Source: an uncultured Lentisphaeria bacterium (GTDB taxonomy: Bacteria > Verrucomicrobiota > Lentisphaeria > JABSQK01 > JAJFLO01). From it: 32,000 nucleotides of DNA. The translations under genes were made by a program, and so were the position numbers. Of this stretch, positions 16,168 through 26,082 are shown piece after piece. Every line of letters begins with the position of its first letter. The stretch's first letter is position 1. Location: positions 540,001 through 572,000 of the forward strand of contig OX638337.1 in NCBI GenBank assembly GCA_951812855.1, in the 5' to 3' direction. The notes under the pieces are model-generated. The model was not told the origin of the DNA. It ran no database searches and worked only from the letters and a program-made list of their open reading frames with translations.

Positions 16168-17580
16168 TTAACTAATTACTGGTAAGCTGGCGGCTGCAAT
16201 CGCCTGCCCATGACGTTTTTTACTCTCTCCAGGAATGTGAAATGAAATCTTATTGAAAAATTCTTGAAACTCTTTTTCTAATACCTCCTTAGCCTGGTCA
16301 ATAATAATCTGCCCACCATCGCCAGAAGTAACTCGACCCAGTATTAAAAGGTTTTTAATATCATAAAAATCTGAATAATGCGGAATCGTGTATCCCAAAT
16401 AAACACCGATTGTCTGGTATATTTTAGCTGCCCGATCATCGCCTTTTCCCATGAGAGTCTGAACATGGACCAATTGTTCAGGCAACGACATATTCGAATC
16501 AATTTCTATACCTGCAGGAGCAATTAACCGGGCCACACCCTGCTGAGAAAAATATTGCACACCACAACCATAATCACCCGACCATTCATCTCTGGGTGCA
16601 TAAGGATTGTAATCGACAGGAGCAAAAGCAAGTTCGTTCAGCCAAGCAGTTATGTTACCCTGATCATTTACATAACCAGCGGCTTCGCTTGAACCCATTG
16701 CAATTCCGAGTACAGCATTATCCGTTAACGTCATAGAGCCTGCCAATGCCGTAACCTCCCCGTCATTAACAACATCAAATGGGATATTATTCCACGCCTT
16801 TTTCAATCTGGAAAAAATAGGTTTAACCTGATTATCAAATTGATCATCAGGTATCCCTCTGAATAAGGATGCAACCTGGACATTATTATTTACATAAACT
16901 CCCGCTGAACTCCCGCCAATTGCGTCAACACGAGGTAAATGTTTACTCGCTCGTTTGAGCGAGTCCATTATTTCATTGAAATGCCAATCAGGGTCCGATT
17001 CAATTTGAGGATACCAGGGAATTTCTTCACTGAATACAACCTTGCCGTCAATGATTGCAGCAGCTTTTCGATCGCTTGCTCCAAGATCAAACCCGATTCG
17101 ACAACCATCCAAATGTCTGCCCAATGGAGCGGCTGATTCACATTCGACAGGTAATTGCTCTAAATGCTCACAGACTTTCACCGTAAATGGGTGTTCATAA
17201 ATTTTCTCTCCCATGATGCGGGCATCAAACTTGCCAGTCTCAGAACTTAAGTAATGTTCCTGAAGCTGTCTGACCAACCCAACCGGCCCGTGAATCCAGA
17301 TCTTACAACCACCGCGTGACCAAAGCAAAAATTTCAAGATGCGTTCTGCATAAACAAAATTTCCATTGGAACGTTCGTGTTCTTCAGAGAATACATTGCA
17401 TCTATAGTGTGATACGGAGGTTTTGCTTCGCTGAACTGCGATTGTAACAGGGACATAATTTTTGCACTCTTCCGCCTGATGCCGGAACGCACGGTTTGTC
17501 AGTACTGCAGGTCTAAAACTGGTGTCCAGAATTGGAACAATACCAGGAGAAGTTAAGGGAAGTGCAGAATTGAAGTTCAT
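16168..17580 (-). CDS. ROK / polyphosphate-glucokinase-like ASKHA-fold kinase with about 160-aa N-terminal extension
   Basis: 470 aa. IGFDLGASDRKAA, VVNDGEVTALAG, GIAMGSSEAAGYV and the C-terminal HGQAIAAASLP resemble ROK/PPGK motifs. The start is 2 nt downstream of the coxD stop. Confidence 0.5.
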   Translation of the reverse strand: MNFNSALPLTSPGIVPILDTSFRPAVLTNRAFRHQAEECKNYVPVTIAVQRSKTSVSHYRCNVFSEEHERSNGNFVYAERILKFLLWSRGGCKIWIHGPVGLVRQLQEHYLSSETGKFDARIMGEKIYEHPFTVKVCEHLEQLPVECESAAPLGRHLDGCRIGFDLGASDRKAAAIIDGKVVFSEEIPWYPQIESDPDWHFNEIMDSLKRASKHLPRVDAIGGSSAGVYVNNNVQVASLFRGIPDDQFDNQVKPIFSRLKKAWNNIPFDVVNDGEVTALAGSMTLTDNAVLGIAMGSSEAAGYVNDQGNITAWLNELAFAPVDYNPYAPRDEWSGDYGCGVQYFSQQGVARLIAPAGIEIDSNMSLPEQLVHVQTLMGKGDDRAAKIYQTIGVYLGYTIPHYSDFYDIKNLLILGRVTSGDGGQIIIDQAKEVLEKEFQEFFNKISFHIPGESKKRHGQAIAAASLPVIS

Positions 17581-17582
17581 AG

Positions 17583-17975
17583 TTACTCTTCATGTTTCTG
17601 CATATTTTTATATATGTCAGCTGAGATTTGTATTGGAGAAGAGCGTTGCTCATAAATTCCATCACGCCGCATCGTATCAAACATAGTAATTACGATAAAT
17701 GCAGTAAGCATAATCAAACTGACACAAAAAAATAATGCATATAACTTGTTATCATAGAGTAGATGCATAAAAAATAACGCAACAAGAGATCCCTTGATTG
17801 ACGCGATTAAAAGGGCAAGGATTAAGTTTCCGACTCCGCCTATATCCACAAATGAAGCAGCAACAGTAACTCCTGTTAAAATAAATAACGCACTGCCAAC
17901 TCCGATATACACAGACAATGGCAAAATATGCGGATGAAACTCTCTGTGTTTTGGTGTTGTTTCTGTTGACATCAT
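17583..17975 (-). CDS. coxD: Cytochrome c oxidase subunit IV (bacterial COX4_pro family)
   Basis: LSVYIGVGSALFILTGVTVAASFV...SIKGSLVALFFMHLLYD, with three TM helices. The track ORF begins at a TTG (18050). I prefer the MMSTETTPKH ATG at 17975, which gives a family-typical size of about 130 aa. The start remains uncertain. Confidence 0.8.
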   Translation of the reverse strand: MMSTETTPKHREFHPHILPLSVYIGVGSALFILTGVTVAASFVDIGGVGNLILALLIASIKGSLVALFFMHLLYDNKLYALFFCVSLIMLTAFIVITMFDTMRRDGIYEQRSSPIQISADIYKNMQKHEE

Positions 17976-18046
17976 TAACTTTTTATTGATTGATTTTGAC
18001 CCGCTTTCCATTATCTGACTCTGGAACGGGTCCCGTTTAATTTTAT

Positions 18047-18724
18047 TCAACCGATTAAATATAATAACGGGAAAAGATAGATCCAGATTAAGTCGACTAA
18101 ATGCCAGTATAATCCACCCATCTCAACAGGTGTATAATAAGAACTTGAATAGGCCCTCATATGGGTTCTGATCAGCACCCAGGTTAAAAAAATCATACCA
18201 CCCAGTATATGCAACGCATGGAGTCCAGTCATACCAAAATATATACTGAAAAATATATGGGGATTAACTGCAGCAATATCCGGATTCGCAAAATATTTTC
18301 CCGGCAGCAGTCCCTCATGGATTTTATGGCTGTATTCAAAATATTTGACCACAAGAAAGATTGCTGCACAAATAATTGTAATTGCCAGAAACATTACGGC
18401 TTGTTTTTTATTATCCATTTGAATCGATCGAATAGACAAGGCAACCGTCACGGAGCTGAAAATAAGAACGAGGGTATTGAGAGCACCAAGCTTTACATCA
18501 AGTAATTGATTGACTTCTATAAACATTTCCGGGTGCCAGGCACGATAAATTGCATAAAAACAGAATAATCCACCGAAAAGCAACACTTCGGTGACAAGGA
18601 ACAGCCATACGCCAAGCTTGATTGATTCATGCTGCTGTTCCATATCATGGAAATGATGTGCCAGATTTGGATTGTGGTGGTGATAATTAACACGACCAAG
18701 TTCTATCTGAGTTGCATTTTCCAT
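18047..18724 (-). CDS. coxC: Cytochrome c oxidase subunit III
   Basis: HHFHDMEQQHESIKLGVWLFLVTEVLLFGGLFCFYAIYR is the canonical N-terminal signature. 225 aa with multiple TM helices. Confidence 0.93.
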   Translation of the reverse strand: MENATQIELGRVNYHHHNPNLAHHFHDMEQQHESIKLGVWLFLVTEVLLFGGLFCFYAIYRAWHPEMFIEVNQLLDVKLGALNTLVLIFSSVTVALSIRSIQMDNKKQAVMFLAITIICAAIFLVVKYFEYSHKIHEGLLPGKYFANPDIAAVNPHIFFSIYFGMTGLHALHILGGMIFLTWVLIRTHMRAYSSSYYTPVEMGGLYWHLVDLIWIYLFPLLYLIG

Positions 18725-18750
18725 ATTAAATATGTATTGCCATTCCGTTG

Positions 18751-20370
18751 TTATATATCTTTTGGAAGTACTTTATCATAATCATAGGGACCGTGTTTCA
18801 ATATTGGGTCATCCTTGAAGTTTTCAGTTGGCGGCGGTGATGTCGTCGACCATTCAAATGTAAGTCCGCCCCACGGATTATTTCCTGCCGGCTTACCGTT
18901 AAACAATGATGCAACGAGGTAACATAAAATAATGACAAACCCAACCCCCAAAATCATTGCACCATAAGAGGAAAATCCATGGTAACGTTCAAATAAATCG
19001 GTTTTTAAAAAATTACTATAATCATGATATCGCCGCGGCATTCCTTGAGAACCCAACATAAACTGATTAAAGAATGTCATATTAAACCCTACAAAAATAA
19101 AACAAAAAGCGAATCTCCCCAGATTTTCATTATACATTTTGCCGAAAATTTTTGGCCACCAATGATGAATTCCACCAAGGAACGCGATGACCGTTCCACC
19201 CATCATGACATAATGAAAATGAGCGACAACAAAATAGGTATCATGAAGCTGGATATCCAGCCCCAGTGCACCAAGAAATATTCCGGTTAACCCCCCAATT
19301 GTAAATAATATGAGAAATGCCAAAGCATATAACATCGGTGTCGTCCAACAAATAGAGCCTTTAACCAGCGTCGTCATCCAGTTGAATATTTTTATACCCG
19401 TAGGAATACCAATAAAAAATGTAATAAACGAAAAAACCATTGAAGAAAATTCTGATTGACCACTGACAAACATGTGATGTCCCCAAACGAAAAATCCTAA
19501 CAATGCAATAGCAACACTCGAATAGGCAATCAACCGATATCCAAATATCTTTTTATGGGCATGGACAGCGATAAGTTCACTGATAATCGCCATACCCGGC
19601 AAAATCATGATATACACAGCAGGGTGTGAGTAAAACCAGAAAAAATGCTGAAATAGAACCGGATCTCCCCCCATTTCAGGATCAAAAATACCAATACCTC
19701 CGACTTTTTCCATAATGAGCAAAAGAAGGGTAATTCCCAAAACCGGTGTCGCAAGGACCTGGATCATTGCTGTTGCATATGATCCCCAAACAAAAAGAGG
19801 CATCTGATACCAGGTCATGCCCGGTGCTCTCATTTTATGTACGGTTACAATGAAATTTATTCCGGTAAAAATAGATGAAAATCCTAATATAAAGGCACCA
19901 AAGGTCATCGATATAACTGACGTACTTGTTTGAGTGCTATATGGAGAATAAAATGTCCAGCCTGTATCGACACCACCACTGAATAAGGAATAAAGACAAA
20001 ACATTGCTCCAAGCATATACACATACCAACTGGCCAAATTTAATCTTGGAAATGCAACATCTTTGGCACCCAGCATCAGTGGCAGACAAAAATTACCGAG
20101 TGCTGCAGGAATTGAGGGTATAATGAACAAAAATACCATTATGGCACCATGGAGGGTAAAGAATTTATTATACGTATCCTGGTCCATGAATTGTTTCCCG
20201 GGGTTTAACAGTTCCAATCTCAACCCGAGTGCGAAAAAACCACCTGCAGCAAATGCCGCAAGAATAGCGGCCAAATACATAATGCCGATACGCTTATGAT
20301 CCAGGGTAAGAAGCCATGACATTATTCCTTTTGGGTGAGTTAGAAAATTCTTTTCTGTATCGTTATACAT
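18751..20370 (-). CDS. coxA: Cytochrome c oxidase subunit I (heme-copper oxidase catalytic subunit)
   Basis: 539 aa. [37 protein letters not shown] and [11 protein letters not shown] are canonical subunit I motifs. Confidence 0.97.
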   Translation of the reverse strand: MYNDTEKNFLTHPKGIMSWLLTLDHKRIGIMYLAAILAAFAAGGFFALGLRLELLNPGKQFMDQDTYNKFFTLHGAIMVFLFIIPSIPAALGNFCLPLMLGAKDVAFPRLNLASWYVYMLGAMFCLYSLFSGGVDTGWTFYSPYSTQTSTSVISMTFGAFILGFSSIFTGINFIVTVHKMRAPGMTWYQMPLFVWGSYATAMIQVLATPVLGITLLLLIMEKVGGIGIFDPEMGGDPVLFQHFFWFYSHPAVYIMILPGMAIISELIAVHAHKKIFGYRLIAYSSVAIALLGFFVWGHHMFVSGQSEFSSMVFSFITFFIGIPTGIKIFNWMTTLVKGSICWTTPMLYALAFLILFTIGGLTGIFLGALGLDIQLHDTYFVVAHFHYVMMGGTVIAFLGGIHHWWPKIFGKMYNENLGRFAFCFIFVGFNMTFFNQFMLGSQGMPRRYHDYSNFLKTDLFERYHGFSSYGAMILGVGFVIILCYLVASLFNGKPAGNNPWGGLTFEWSTTSPPPTENFKDDPILKHGPYDYDKVLPKDI

Positions 20371-20380
20371 AGGGTTCCGA

Positions 20381-21307
20381 CTATTCTTCTTTTAGACTTT
20401 TAATAAATAAAATAAGAGAATCCAGTTTATCATCACTGATTGTGTTTTGAAATGTCGGCATGACTGGCTCATAACCTTTAACAATTTTTGCCTGCGGGTT
20501 CAATATTGACTCTCTCAAATAATTCTCGTCTACATCCACAGTTGAACCGTCTGTCAACATCTTTTTTTTACCAAACAAATTCTTAAATGACGGGCCATTA
20601 TTCGCTGAACCGTCCAGTGAATGGCAGGTATTACAACCATATCGATTATAAAGAACATCACCTGCAGGCGTAACACTGTTTTCCTCTATCCATTTTTGAT
20701 AATCTGATTCTGATTTCACGATCACCCGGGTAACCATTGTAGAATGCTGTTGTCCACAATACTCTGTACAGTAGAGATCATATTCCCCTTCGTAATCGCA
20801 TTGAAACCACATTGATGAATATCGGTTCGGCAAAACATCCATTTTAACTCTGAAATCAGGTATGAACAAAGAATGGATGACATCATTTGATGACATTAAC
20901 AGTTTAACAGGTTTACCCTTAGGTACAACCAATACATTGCTTTGAGCACCTTCTCCATAGGTAAAATTCCAGTTCCACTGCCATGCTGTTACCTTAATTT
21001 CTGTGGCATTTGCGGGAATAACAAAATAACGCATGTACAGCTTAAATCCCCAAACAAATATAACAAACATAAGCAATGTTGGAATAACTGACCATAACAA
21101 CTCAAGTGGTGTGCTGTGGCAAAATCCTGACGTAAGTTTTTCTTCATCACCTTTTTTCGCACGATACTTAATCGCAAAAAACACAGTTCCAGAGCAAATT
21201 ATGACGAAAAAAAACACCGATAACCCATAAATAAAATAAAACAACGCATCGTATTCACTCGCAATCGTCGACGCAGGAGGGGGTAAATTAAATGTTCTCT
21301 CATTCAT
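20381..21307 (-). CDS. coxB: Cytochrome c oxidase subunit II with fused C-terminal cytochrome c domain (caa3-type)
   Basis: [22 protein letters not shown] and the CuA site [12 protein letters not shown], plus a heme-c site CNTCH in the C-terminal extension. Confidence 0.95.
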   Translation of the reverse strand: MNERTFNLPPPASTIASEYDALFYFIYGLSVFFFVIICSGTVFFAIKYRAKKGDEEKLTSGFCHSTPLELLWSVIPTLLMFVIFVWGFKLYMRYFVIPANATEIKVTAWQWNWNFTYGEGAQSNVLVVPKGKPVKLLMSSNDVIHSLFIPDFRVKMDVLPNRYSSMWFQCDYEGEYDLYCTEYCGQQHSTMVTRVIVKSESDYQKWIEENSVTPAGDVLYNRYGCNTCHSLDGSANNGPSFKNLFGKKKMLTDGSTVDVDENYLRESILNPQAKIVKGYEPVMPTFQNTISDDKLDSLILFIKSLKEE

Positions 21308-21311
21308 AGGT

Positions 21312-22097
21312 TTATTTTTTTTCTTTCATCCATAATAAGGTGACAAAAATTCCTAATGCCAAAACAGTAATTATACCACCTAACCGCATGACGCTCATGG
21401 CAAATAAAACATATTTTTTCCCATTTGGATCGTAGAAGTGGCAAAAAAGTATAACACGGTCAACTATTGTTCCAATCTTTCCTTCTCCGGCTTCTAATAT
21501 TGCCAATCTTAAATCTTTCGGCGAATACTCAATACCATAAAGGTACCGTGAAATATACCCTTCCTCAGTCAATACAAAAACAACCGCAGGATGAGAAAAT
21601 TCATCTCGGGTTTTATCATAAAAATACTGAAATCCCAATGCATCTGCCAATTCATCAATCGCAGTTTTTTCACCAACCCAAAAATTCCAGGAAAGATCAC
21701 TGTCTGTTTTACCTAAACTATCTTCATATATCGAACGTTTTGCTACTGCCAAGTCCGAGGTTTCTTCCGGATCAATACTTATTGTAAGTAATTGATAATC
21801 TTTTCCGGGAATCCAATTGAGTTTTCTGGCGGAATTAGATAAGCCGTTCAATACAAATGTACACAGCATTGGACATTCATAATAAGCCAGTGTTAAAACA
21901 ATTGGCATTTCACTCTGGAATACAGTCGAAAGACTGACCTTTTGTCCTTTCTCATTAACAAAATCCAGGTTTAGAGGAATCCGATTTCCAAGATGTTCTT
22001 TAATATCTATTTTATTCAGCGTCTGTTCATTCTTCCGTACCAATTGAGCATTCAGCGTAAAATGGGTAAGGAATAAAATGCCGACTATAAATTTCAT
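21312..22097 (-). CDS. SCO1/SenC-family copper chaperone
   Basis: 261 aa. It has a signal-like N-terminus, a thioredoxin-like CxxxC (YYECPMLCTFVLNG) and a C-terminal TM. It ends 4 nt upstream of coxB. Confidence 0.85.
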   Translation of the reverse strand: MKFIVGILFLTHFTLNAQLVRKNEQTLNKIDIKEHLGNRIPLNLDFVNEKGQKVSLSTVFQSEMPIVLTLAYYECPMLCTFVLNGLSNSARKLNWIPGKDYQLLTISIDPEETSDLAVAKRSIYEDSLGKTDSDLSWNFWVGEKTAIDELADALGFQYFYDKTRDEFSHPAVVFVLTEEGYISRYLYGIEYSPKDLRLAILEAGEGKIGTIVDRVILFCHFYDPNGKKYVLFAMSVMRLGGIITVLALGIFVTLLWMKEKK

Positions 22098-22122
22098 TTT
22101 GCTGTTGGTCTATTACACTACA

Positions 22123-22476
22123 TCAGTTTGTCTTTTTTCCTGCAAACTCTTCATTGGCCAACAACTCCACAGCACGATCTATCGGGATCTGATAAATGCC
22201 CTTACTCTTATCGATGATAGCATAATTCGAAAGCTTCTCATATTCATCCGAACGTAACTCTATCAGGTTTGTGTAGGTATAATTATTCGCTTCATTTAAC
22301 AATTTTTCCTTTGAATATACAAAGTACCCATCCAATGCAAAAATGCTTGTAACAATTGTCACTAAACAAAATATCGTAAATGCTGCAATTGCCGGTATAC
22401 TAACATCATGCAGCTCATAACCGGCACGGACGGATTCGGGATCAATTGTAAATTCTTCTTCTAATTCACCAGCCAT
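22123..22476 (-). CDS. Small single-pass membrane protein of the oxidase cluster
   Basis: 117 aa with one TM (IPAIAAFTIFCLVTIVTSIFAL). It sits between the ActF-like gene and SCO1. Function unknown. Confidence 0.6.
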   Translation of the reverse strand: MAGELEEEFTIDPESVRAGYELHDVSIPAIAAFTIFCLVTIVTSIFALDGYFVYSKEKLLNEANNYTYTNLIELRSDEYEKLSNYAIIDKSKGIYQIPIDRAVELLANEEFAGKKTN

Positions 22477-22506
22477 ATTTTCTATCAGAGTTTTAATTTA
22501 TTAAAT

Positions 22507-23706
22507 TTACGAGTTTACAAATTTAATCGAATCTTTCAATTTGGGATCGTTGATTGGAATAATTGATTGAGATATAAATGTAAACCAAAAATACGCAAAA
22601 AATAAACCGCCCACAGCAAGAAATGTCGCAATATTCAAGACTGACTCTATTAATGAAAAGTGGAAATGATGATTAAAGTTAGGTAAGATGATCCAATATA
22701 AATCCACCCAATGGATCACCAACATCCAAATGCTCATTACTGTCATCATTGTAATATTTCTCTTTGGAACACGACTCAACAGTACGAGGAAAGGAATAAC
22801 AAAATGTCCAAATACTATAAACAAACTAACTTTATACCAGTTACCATCCCAGCGATGTAAATACCAAACTGTTTCCTCTGGAATATTTCCATACCAGATC
22901 AAAAAATATTGAGAAAAGGCGATATAGGTCCAAAAAACAGTGAAGGCAAAAATCAACTTCCCTAAATCGTGAAAATGCTCAATTGAAATTTCCTCATTTA
23001 AGATATTGTTTTTGTGCAAAAACACGACTAATAACGTAATAAAAGATAAGATTGATAATAGACTGCCTGCAAAAATATAAACCCCAAATATGGTCGAATA
23101 CCAATGAGGATCCAATGACATTAACCAATCAAAAGCAGCAAATGTAATTGACAAAGCAAACAGCAACATCCCCGGACCACTGATTTGTCTCATTTTTTCT
23201 TTTAGTTTTTGTTCCGGATCACCTTCTGAATCCTGTTTAATGGATATCTTATAAAGAAAATGCCCAAAAATAAACCATATTACAAAATAGATTAATGTGC
23301 GGATTGAAAATAATTTTGGATTCAGCCATGCTGATTTATGCTGAAGTAATTCATCATGGGCAACAGCTTCGGCATGGCTCCAATGATACAGTTCATCCAT
23401 GCCTAAACAAACTGGAATAAAGAAGACCAGCATTATAGGCAACGCTGCCATTACAGATTCAGTCATACGCCTTAACACGACACTCCATGTTGCGTCGACT
23501 AAATGATGCAGAAGGGTAAAAAACAAACCGCCGAGTCCAATCGTGACCCAGAAGATATACGATGTCAAATAGGCATAAAAAAATTGGGCATGAAACTTTT
23601 TAAAACCGAATATACATACAGCAACGCCAATAATTCCGGCAAAAATTGCAAAATATCCAATTCCTGTTGCCCGATCCAATTTAAATGTCTGTTTATCTAA
23701 TTTCAT
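22507..23706 (-). CDS. ActF-like (alternative complex III, NrfD/PsrC-related) 10-TM membrane protein
   Basis: 399 aa with about 10 predicted TM helices. The N-terminal pattern ...FHAQFFYAYLTSYIFWVTIGLGGLFFTLLHHLVDATWSVVLRRMTES resembles the 'quinol:cytochrome c oxidoreductase quinone-binding subunit 2' proteins found just upstream of caa3 oxidase genes. This assignment is from memory of that pattern and is not searched. Confidence 0.6.
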   Translation of the reverse strand: MKLDKQTFKLDRATGIGYFAIFAGIIGVAVCIFGFKKFHAQFFYAYLTSYIFWVTIGLGGLFFTLLHHLVDATWSVVLRRMTESVMAALPIMLVFFIPVCLGMDELYHWSHAEAVAHDELLQHKSAWLNPKLFSIRTLIYFVIWFIFGHFLYKISIKQDSEGDPEQKLKEKMRQISGPGMLLFALSITFAAFDWLMSLDPHWYSTIFGVYIFAGSLLSILSFITLLVVFLHKNNILNEEISIEHFHDLGKLIFAFTVFWTYIAFSQYFLIWYGNIPEETVWYLHRWDGNWYKVSLFIVFGHFVIPFLVLLSRVPKRNITMMTVMSIWMLVIHWVDLYWIILPNFNHHFHFSLIESVLNIATFLAVGGLFFAYFWFTFISQSIIPINDPKLKDSIKFVNS

Positions 23707-23724
23707 AGTGATGGGTTATGACCT

Positions 23725-24615
23725 TCAATTATTCAAATCTAATTTTAAAAACGGCAATAATTCTTTTACAATATATAATTCTAATTTCGGCAAATATTCC
23801 GGCCATTCCCATAACAACTCTAAAGATGAAATACACAATTCATTTATCTGTTTCAAAATAAATGCTTCTGAAAAATCTTTCCCCTGAGCTAACGTAAATT
23901 TCCGTCGTTTCATATCCGTCCCCAATGTTTTCCCGATAACGTCTTCCTCTCCCACAACGTCCATGAGATCATCTGCTAACTGATACGCAGTTCCCAAACG
24001 GTAACCTACTTCTGCCAATGCCGATGATTTCTTAGTATCTTTACCTCCGCACGCTTCAGATACGAACGCAAATAATGGACCTGTTTTTCCTCTGGCAATT
24101 CTTATACAGGATTCTGAATCAATCTCCCTTCCATGATAAACCAGTTCGTGAACAACTTCTTTGGCACATACTTCCCGCACTTTGTTAACAAATGAACTGA
24201 CTTTATTTAATTCTCCTCCTTCGATTAACATCTGAATTGAACTGCTGAAAAACAGATCTCCAAGTAAAACGGCTCCCGCTGCACCAATTTCACGCCATAA
24301 GCTGGGTTGACCTCGGCGTAGATTTGCACAATCGATTACATCATCATGAAACAGGGTTGCTGAATGGATTAATTCCGTAGCGGCACACGTGCTAATCATC
24401 GAATTAAACTCAGTATTTTTTTCCTGAAACAATGCAAATCCCAGTTGCGTCCGGAGCATTTTTCCTGGAGAAAACTGATCTCTTATTGTTGAAACAACCT
24501 CATGATCAGCACTTTCACCAATGTCAGTACTGATCGTTTCAAAAACTGATTTTATTTTATTGACGGTACACTCAATAAAATGAGATTGTGTTGTATCTTC
24601 TTCTATTAACGGCAT
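23725..24615 (-). CDS. Polyprenyl diphosphate synthase (trans-isoprenyl diphosphate synthase family)
   Basis: 296 aa. The first Asp-rich motif is LFHDDVID, followed by RRGQPS. The second Asp-rich motif is LADDLMD. Confidence 0.9.
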   Translation of the reverse strand: MPLIEEDTTQSHFIECTVNKIKSVFETISTDIGESADHEVVSTIRDQFSPGKMLRTQLGFALFQEKNTEFNSMISTCAATELIHSATLFHDDVIDCANLRRGQPSLWREIGAAGAVLLGDLFFSSSIQMLIEGGELNKVSSFVNKVREVCAKEVVHELVYHGREIDSESCIRIARGKTGPLFAFVSEACGGKDTKKSSALAEVGYRLGTAYQLADDLMDVVGEEDVIGKTLGTDMKRRKFTLAQGKDFSEAFILKQINELCISSLELLWEWPEYLPKLELYIVKELLPFLKLDLNN

Positions 24616-24831
24616 TGTTTTCTTTCAATTTTTCTGAGGTGTCTAAATTACCGGATAACTGCAATAAGACAAGAGAATAATTGTCAAAAAGGAAAATTCT
24701 CAAACCAGATATCTCTTAGGCTATAAATGACATTTCTGTATGCATATTATAAGACTCTATAAAAAATAATGCGATTTTCTGATATCAATTCCTTGTTACT
24801 AATTCTGAAAACATCATTTATATCATTATTT

Positions 24832-25656
24832 TTAAGTTAATACATCGATCCATTTCTGACTGATCAGTCTTTTGGAATCATCAATGTCGACAAGATTTAA
24901 AATACCAGTAAACGTTAACGAACCGGCACAAAATTCAACGCTGCCGCAGTCCTCCCATCGTGAAAAATGTGAATGTATATGACCGCACAGTGAAATATCT
25001 ATTTTTTTCTCTCTCAATGCTGATTGTAATATTTCATTGTTTTCACACCGCCGTCTAAATGATAATGGATTTCCAAATTTATCAAAAATAGGGAAATGGG
25101 CAACCAGGATGAACATATTATCATTCACGGCTTCATCATTGAACCGTGAGGTTAGCCAGTCCTTGGATTTCATATCAACTACACCCGTTGACTTAAATAA
25201 ATTTACCGGTACAGCTTCATTCAGCAAAACAAAAGAGATACCATTGAGATCGACGCAAACCGGTAGATCATCTAAACTGAATTTCCCTCGATTTACGATG
25301 TGAAAGGTCTCATACAGTGCTGACACACATGATGCCTTTTTTACATAATAATCATGATTGCCCGGCACATATAAAAATTCAAAGCTCGTATCGTCTATCA
25401 GTGGCATCAATGCATTCTTTGCCCGGAGAAATTCTGCAGGTTCACTTATACTTGTGAAATCACCGGTGCAAATAACTATATCGGGTGCCAGTGATTTTAT
25501 TTTACTTATAGCGGCCTCAACTAAATTCCAGTCATGATGATGTTTTCGTCTTAACAGATAATTAAATGCACCCAATAAACGTTTATCAAAATACCCCCTG
25601 AAATCCTGAAGCCAACCTCCTGCATGAATATCTGAAAAATGGACAATCCGCATCAA
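24832..25656 (-). CDS. Calcineurin-like metallophosphoesterase
   Basis: VHFSDIHAG, TGDFTS, VPGNHD and CGHIH are the canonical metallophosphoesterase motifs. Confidence 0.88.
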   Translation of the reverse strand: MMRIVHFSDIHAGGWLQDFRGYFDKRLLGAFNYLLRRKHHHDWNLVEAAISKIKSLAPDIVICTGDFTSISEPAEFLRAKNALMPLIDDTSFEFLYVPGNHDYYVKKASCVSALYETFHIVNRGKFSLDDLPVCVDLNGISFVLLNEAVPVNLFKSTGVVDMKSKDWLTSRFNDEAVNDNMFILVAHFPIFDKFGNPLSFRRRCENNEILQSALREKKIDISLCGHIHSHFSRWEDCGSVEFCAGSLTFTGILNLVDIDDSKRLISQKWIDVLT

Positions 25657-25991
25657 CTAAACTCTCTTTCACAACAGGTATGATCAGAATTTCTATTTTG
25701 ACCCATTTGTCCCGGACAATAGTATGAACAGCCTTTTGACATCTCTGCAGCAGGTAATTGCCCCTGATTTAATGACATAACATCTCCCTCAATTTCAAGG
25801 ATTTTGTTAACATGAAGTCCGGCATTTGCTATTTCAGTTTTAGTGCTTAATCGAGTCATTTTCCGGTAAGTGTGATTACCAAATCCCGGAATTTTCAAAA
25901 GATATTGCAGTTGAGCAAATTTTCCATGTTCAGTTCTATAATCTATTATTGACGGGGCCGGGCATTCGTCGACACTGGCTAATAAACACAA
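25653..25991 (-). CDS. ComEA-like helix-hairpin-helix fragment (degenerate; start uncertain, possibly a pseudogene)
   Basis: The in-frame sequence from the preceding stop reads ...APNDIDINRSGVEELCLLASVDECPAPSIIDYRTEHGKFAQLQYLLKIPGFGNHTYRKM. This is the ComEA pattern (iNiN.a..eEL..lpGIG...A..Ii.yR...G.F....dL..v.GiG), but both GIG hairpins are degraded. There is no ATG and no signal/TM N-terminus; the track start is a TTG. The C-terminal ~50 aa are Cys-rich and unfamiliar. Confidence 0.4.
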   Translation of the reverse strand: MCLLASVDECPAPSIIDYRTEHGKFAQLQYLLKIPGFGNHTYRKMTRLSTKTEIANAGLHVNKILEIEGDVMSLNQGQLPAAEMSKGCSYYCPGQMGQNRNSDHTCCEREFS

Positions 25992-26082
25992 TTCTTCAAC
26001 GCCACTTCTATTAATGTCAATATCATTAGGAGCCCGACTCTTCCAAACAGTTGCTTTGAATTTATATGATTATATGTGTAAT

